The position numbers were made by a program, and so were the translations under genes. Positions 58,400 to 64,000 of a stretch of DNA of 64,000 nt are shown here, in pieces; positions within the stretch are counted from its first letter, which is position 1; every line of letters starts with the position of its first letter. The notes under the pieces are model-generated. The model did not search any database and was not told the DNA's origin. It saw only the letters and a program-made list of their open reading frames with translations. This DNA comes from Eledone cirrhosa (taxonomy: Eukaryota): NCBI GenBank assembly GCA_964016885.1, contig OZ024741.1, forward strand, positions 311,550,001-311,614,000, given 5' to 3'.

Positions 58400-61300
58400 T
58401 AAATAAAAGAAAAAGAGAGTTTATATGTCTTAATCCGTATGGTGAGCAAATGGGGTCCCACGTGCTAGCCTTCCCACAGCCCCGGCGGACAGAATGGAGA
58501 AGGCGTTTACCCGGAGGAGGGTAAGGGAGTTGCGCTGGAAGAGCCATTCCAACTCGTGAGGTACACACCTGCGGTTGGCCAGTGCAGCGCCTATTGTGGT
58601 GAATAGAAAGGTAAGCCTAGGGCCAAGGATTCCAGAAGTCTCATTTCTCGGAGAGCGACCGGTACTTGTAGAGTTTGGCCCCCTCGGACCAACGCGCAGC
58701 AGCACCTGGGTTAGTCGTAGACTGCACCAGGTTGCGGCTGGAGAAAGTGGGGCTCCAAATGGCATCCCAGACAATGTGTTTTGCCACAGCGGAACAGGAA
58801 GATGGTCATACCGTCTGGCCTTTTGCTGTCACTTGGTCCAGGCCCACCGGCCCGAGCTGGGAGCGAAGCCTGCAGCGTCCAAGCCATGCTTTATGAACTC
58901 GTTTAGGGCATCATGGCGTGGAAATTGGCCGGTACTGTGGCGACAGGAAAGCGGGTGGAGGCCGAAAGATTCCACGGTGGATCCACAGCAGCATTTATGT
59001 GGCTTGCAGATCCGGAGTCCAAGCCTCTAAGAAACGCCGACGAGCAGGATATCGTTATCCAGTTGCGTACCAGTGGATAAATAAGGGCAAGGCATGGAGC
59101 CAGATACCATTGTGGGTTTTGAAGGCCGCGCGAAAACAGACGAGGCGGTACTGGTCGAGTTGGCGAGTGAGCCTGTCTGAGGCCAGACTGCACAGAATGG
59201 CATCCCCAATGCCTCTTTTAGACTTGACATAATCAAGGGAAGAAGGGGGAGGGGCGTCTACTGGGCTAAGTCCCAGCCGGTCCCACGTCTCACAGGCGGA
59301 CTTACGTTCCTTGATCACATAGGGTTCCAAAATGTTTTGTAGAACCCTGCTCACGATGTTGCAGCATGAGTTTACCGATGAAAGAAACGCCGGCAAAGAC
59401 AGCGAGATCAGAGACCAGAGGCCAAGGCCGCCATATCTGACAGGTAATGTGGCCTGTTGCCATCCTATGTCGTCAAACCTGACATTACATGTCTCCTCGG
59501 CTGCCGCTCAGATACAATATCGAGGTCAGCGAGGAGAAATGCGTGGCTGTAGCACGGAGCGCTGCGAAGGGTGTAGAGGACCATCGGCATGGCGAAGCAG
59601 TTCCTCAACAGGAAGAGAGCTGGTTGGCCGTTGATCAACCCCAGTCGGCTCGTGAGGGTCTGGAGTTGTTGGATCCGGAACCTGATAGTGGAGCGGATGG
59701 CTGGCGGGTGGATCGGTGACCCGAGGATGAAGACATCCTCTTTGGGGGTCTCCTGTACATGGTGCAGAATGGACTCCCAAGAGCGAGCATGCAAAGCTCT
59801 CAGCATCATCGTTGACATTCACCAACTCCGACTTGGATGAGTTGATCTGGAGGCCGATTCTCCCAGGGCAGGAACCACCGATTGAATGTCTCCACGGCCC
59901 GCCCAGCGTAGCATCATCCAGGTACCAAACGTTAAGTGGGGCCGTGACACTACGGGCAATATGATCTATACCAAGGGCAAAAGGAGGGAGACAAAAGGGT
60001 CACCCTGTTGGCCCCCAGTGGCCGAAATGTGACCGTATCAGCAGCAAGGAGCATGCTCGAGGATCCATATGGCATGTAGGCCAGCGGATAGCCGGAGAGG
60101 GCTCGGCTGAGACAGGCACTGAGGAGAAGGTCCCAGCGTATGCAGATAAAGGCATTCTTCATGTCAAGCTTGACAATGAGGTGCCTGGAATCCCTGGATA
60201 CCGGTTCAGTGGGGCAGCTATGGAAGAACTGCCTCGTTGCATGTTGGCCCCCGCACGCCGACACCCAGTTGCAACTGACTGAACTCCTCATCCAGTTCAG
60301 GTGGTATGGACCTGCAGACCACTTTAGCATCCAGCCTCCAGAAGACATTGCCCACAGCGAAGGGGCTTATGCCATTCTCTTTCTTCCTGAGAGCTGTCAG
60401 GCTAGCCGAAAAGAAGAGGCCTCAGGCGTGTGGATCCAAGGCACCTAAGTGAGTGCCACAATTGCACTCAGAAGGAGGCGCCCAGCCTCAGCGGAGAGAT
60501 GGGATAGCAACTTCTTGAGGTGGCCAGGTCGGAGATCATCATCACCTCCACTGCTGCTGCTGCTAGCTAGGAAGGACTTGATGGCAGACAGGATGTCTGC
60601 GTCGTAAGCGACAAGGAGCAGGTGGGGATCGGGTGAGGGTATGGGAGGGAGGTCAGCTGGTGGCTCAGGGTGCTTGAGTCGCAGGGCAGCCACGACCTCC
60701 TCGGTGGATTGGAGGAAATTGTCCTCTGAGGCAACCACTCTGACTGCGGCCAAGACATCATCCAAGATTAGTTTAGAGTTGACGCCTTTACGCCAAAGCT
60801 TGGCGCTGGCCTCAGCGGTGTAGGATTGGATGCTCCCGACATCAGGGGGTGTGGTGTCCTTCGGCACGCTTGGTATGGGTGCTTGCCCAAAGAACGAAAC
60901 ATTGGCCTTGACAAAGTCTGTGGCCGGCAGGCCGCCTCGGTCTGCGCCAAATCTGGGGAGGCCGAGGGTAAGTGGGGCGAAATAGAAGAGAAGCTCCCAG
61001 TCACTGGCTTCATTGGAGTCCAGGGCATTCTCAATCGAGGAAGCGAGGGCATCGTCCACCAGCACCCGGGCCACTCTCGGGATCCTGAGCGAAATCTTCC
61101 GGAACCGCCTGAGCCGAGCGATTTTGACCAGCGTGGCTTGGGCATAAATCAACCTCGCTGTCTCATCCGGTGTTGTGCCAGACGGCCATGGCTGTGCAGT
61201 CGAACGAAAGAGACAGTTTCCGCATCTCCACCCTGCGAGAGCACTGGAAGCTCGACGCGTCAAGTCAATACAGGTGAGGTGTTGGAAGCAGCCGCACCCC

Positions 61301-61425
61301 GAACAGTTCCAGCCCTTCTTCCCTCTGTTCGTTGTGCTGCAATTGAAGCAGGTGTCGACTGGTGGCTTTGGAGGATGGGGCGTGGGGCCGGGGACTAGGG
61401 CACCAAGCGGCATCAGGCACAACTA
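58400..61425 (-). mobile_element. CRE-clade-like non-LTR retrotransposon (PHD finger, RT, restriction-like endonuclease), frameshifted
   Basis: GC-rich. GDDDLRPGHL, VKLDMKNAF, QQGDPF, WYLDDATLG, ALFLLRNCFAMP..YTLRS, WLHALP, RPDGMT; N-terminal C4HC3 motif. Confidence 0.8.
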
Positions 61426-61429
61426 AGCG

Positions 61430-62850
61430 TTTCCTCAGTATTGCATTCCTTATTTCTTTAATGTAGTTCTCAATATCTTTACTCCATGTGCCCAAACCTC
61501 CAACTATTATTGGTATTACCATCACTTTTTTCAGTGATCTCTACTGCCTATCCTCCTATACAAACCTGTCATATCTATCAATGTTTTTTCCTTCTTTACC
61601 GCATACCTTTTAATCAGCTGGACAAGCTATATATATCATCCAAACACTGTTTGCTTTCTTTCTCAATTAATACAATATCTGGTCTTCTGTGAGCAATCTC
61701 ATGGTCAAACTGTGACCAATCTCATGGTCAAACTGTAACCAATCTCATGGTCAAACTGTATCACAAAGTCACACAGATACTATGCATTATTGATTTCAAT
61801 AACGCCCTCATGGTTATGTTCCTATCGAATGTTTACTCTGTCAAGTGCATATTTGTATCAACGTGCTCATCTACCTTCCATGCTATGTTGTCTTGACGTC
61901 TTTTATATTCTTTCTGAGCTAGTGGTGCACATTGACAGGTGATATTTTAGACAGTTTCTCTATTCATGCCACAACTTCTACCCTTAATACTTTCTGTTGT
62001 GTGGTCTACTCTATGCTTGATGTAGTTAGTTCTTAGTGCTTGTTCTTGAACAGCACAGATTAAGGATGCTGTTTCCGGTTTTAGATCACTTTCAGACATC
62101 CATAACTACCCTCTTTCCTCTGGCTGTCCTATATTCAACAAATGCTAGTACTGTGTTTTTTTCTTTGCAAACCTCTATTTTGCACAGCTTTTCTGTGGAA
62201 TTTTTCATATACCACGCCATGATAATTTCTTCTGATTTAATGCTGTCTTGGCACCCCGACAGTTCTCATCCTCTTATTTCTCTTGTTACATATAATCTGT
62301 CTGTGTCACTCTTTCGGTAAAGTACACCATATCTAGTCAATATCCTTCTTGTCTACTTTTCTATATAGTCCACATGATCGGCCCTGCCCCATATCTAAGG
62401 AGTGATATCGCCCATGAATTGATAAATTCCATCTTATTCCTTCCATTCAGTTTCGACTTGAGAATAAATCTCACTCTGCCCACCTATTACACCCTAAATT
62501 ATTCTTTAATTTCCTGCTGCATTATTTTATCAACTTCCAATATCCATACGTACTAGTAACCTTCCTCTTGTATTTGCTTCACAACCTTTCAAGATGCACG
62601 TACATTGATTCTGCAATTATTCCAGTCAATAATTTTCACATACAGGTAGGCATGTTGTCGGTCTGCAATTGTCCACCGCATTTCCTTTAGTGAAATATTT
62701 ATGCAGACATGTGTCCCTCTCTTTCTCAGCTACTCCGGTATCACTTGGTCAGCATTTAGCTATATGATAAGTTGTTCAGTTATTCGTTCATGGCTTTGAA
62801 AAAATCTTTTGACCCAGTAGCTTCGAACTCCATCTAGACCAGGACACAAT
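61430..62850 (-). mobile_element. Decayed R4/Dong-like LINE
   Basis: IAHRRPDIVLIEKE..VIPIIVGGLG; upstream KTSRQHSM (H-RH region remnant) and remnants of RT. Confidence 0.65.
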
Positions 62851-62854
62851 TATT

Positions 62855-64000
62855 ATTTCGATGATGATTTAAAACCTGATTTGAGTTCTGCTTCTTTCCA
62901 AATGGAGGGGTATTATTCTTACAGAGATAGTGCTCTTCTCAATATGTGTGCAGTACCAGTCAAAACAATTTTTTGCACCTCTTGCAGAGAGAGAAAACAA
63001 AGGAATATTCTCAAATACTGTTCTGCTACTTTCTTGATCATCCCCAGTGCTCCCACAATCACTGGTATTGTAACGGCTTTGAGGTGCCACATTTTGTTTC
63101 CATCAATTAGCAGATTTTTATATTTTGTTAGCTTGTCAAATTCTTTTGCCACGATATTGTAATCACATGGGATGCTCATATCAATCAATAAACAGACCTT
63201 GATATGTTGGTCGTTTATAATGATAGCTGATCTATTAGATTTCATGGTCCTGTCAGTATATAAAGGAAAATCCCAAAGAATTGTTAATTCTTTTCTTTCA
63301 GATACAGCCACAGGTTGATGGTTGTCAGCAGCTTTGATTTTATAATGCCGACATACTACCCAATGTAGATATTGTCCAACTCTGTCATGTCTATATTTGT
63401 ACTAGGGCTAAAACTTTACATCCGGAAACTAGGTAGTCTATGGTTTCAAACTTAACATACTCCATTTCCCATCACATTAGCCTGGTAATTCCTTGCCAGT
63501 AATGTTTGATCTTGGGCAGGTATGATGAAGCCTTCGCTCTGTTCTTTTAGCTCTGAATTACCTAGCCACTGATGGGAATGTTTCTGGTCAACATCAGCTT
63601 GTTTGCTACGGGCCACATATTTGCCATGCAAACGTTTCTGCTCCCACTTTGATGCTAATGGTTCTTGCTCATTTGCTTTTGCCATTAATGTTATATGATT
63701 AGCAGCATCGGTTGCAACAGTTTCCTTAGTCTGTGCAACCTGGGGATCACGCATGAGATCAGTAGCGTATTTTCTTTATCACCTTCAAGATATAATGAAG
63801 CTTCTTACTTCCCTCATCTTTTTCAACAGGTTTCAGTATACAGTCGTTTGCTGTTACAAGCTATTTGGTCAGTCCAATAGTGGTGATCTTGTAGGTAAGT
63901 TCAAATTGAATCAGGTCACGGTCTCATTGAGCTCTAGGAAGGTAAAGACGATCCACATCTGCTTTCACGTTGTGCATCCTATTACAAGTCAGTAACTTAC
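62855..64000 (-). mobile_element. R4/Dong-like LINE 3' part, runs off the window
   Basis: LHGKY..SHQWL..EGFIIPAQDQ; ILWDFP.YTD..LIDMSIP..IPVIVGALG..QKIVLTGTAHILRRALSL*. Confidence 0.8.

Noticed and set aside
58430-61426. Many overlapping plus-strand ORFs
   Set aside because: Shadow ORFs of the GC-rich minus-strand retrotransposon.

Overview
AT-rich animal genomic DNA, very probably from an octopod cephalopod: it carries the tRNA-derived SINE with the GCCTTTCATCCTT..GGGGTCGATAAA core, amid dense (TA)n/(GT)n microsatellites. The only host-gene signal is an array of 132-135 nt phase-1/phase-1 exons on the minus strand, each encoding one 8-Cys EGF-like repeat of MEGF10/11-SCARF-CED-1 type. Five are intact and three are pseudo-exons; the array was expanded by nested tandem duplications. 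The rest is transposon-derived: two head-to-tail Helitrons, many Penelope-like (PLE) fragments with inverted ends, R4/Dong-, RTE- and CRE-type LINEs, a deleted mariner, a Buster-type hAT relic, SINEs and a foldback element. The most striking non-obvious signal is about 18 type-I hammerhead ribozyme (HHR) motifs from about 10 families, folded by eye. They include non-coding tandem units of 312, 587 and about 422 nt that look like retrozymes, a U3-A8 core covariant, a recurrent non-Watson-Crick first pair of helix II, and family-specific palindromic helix III sequences. All folds and family calls are by inspection only; no searches or folding programs were run.
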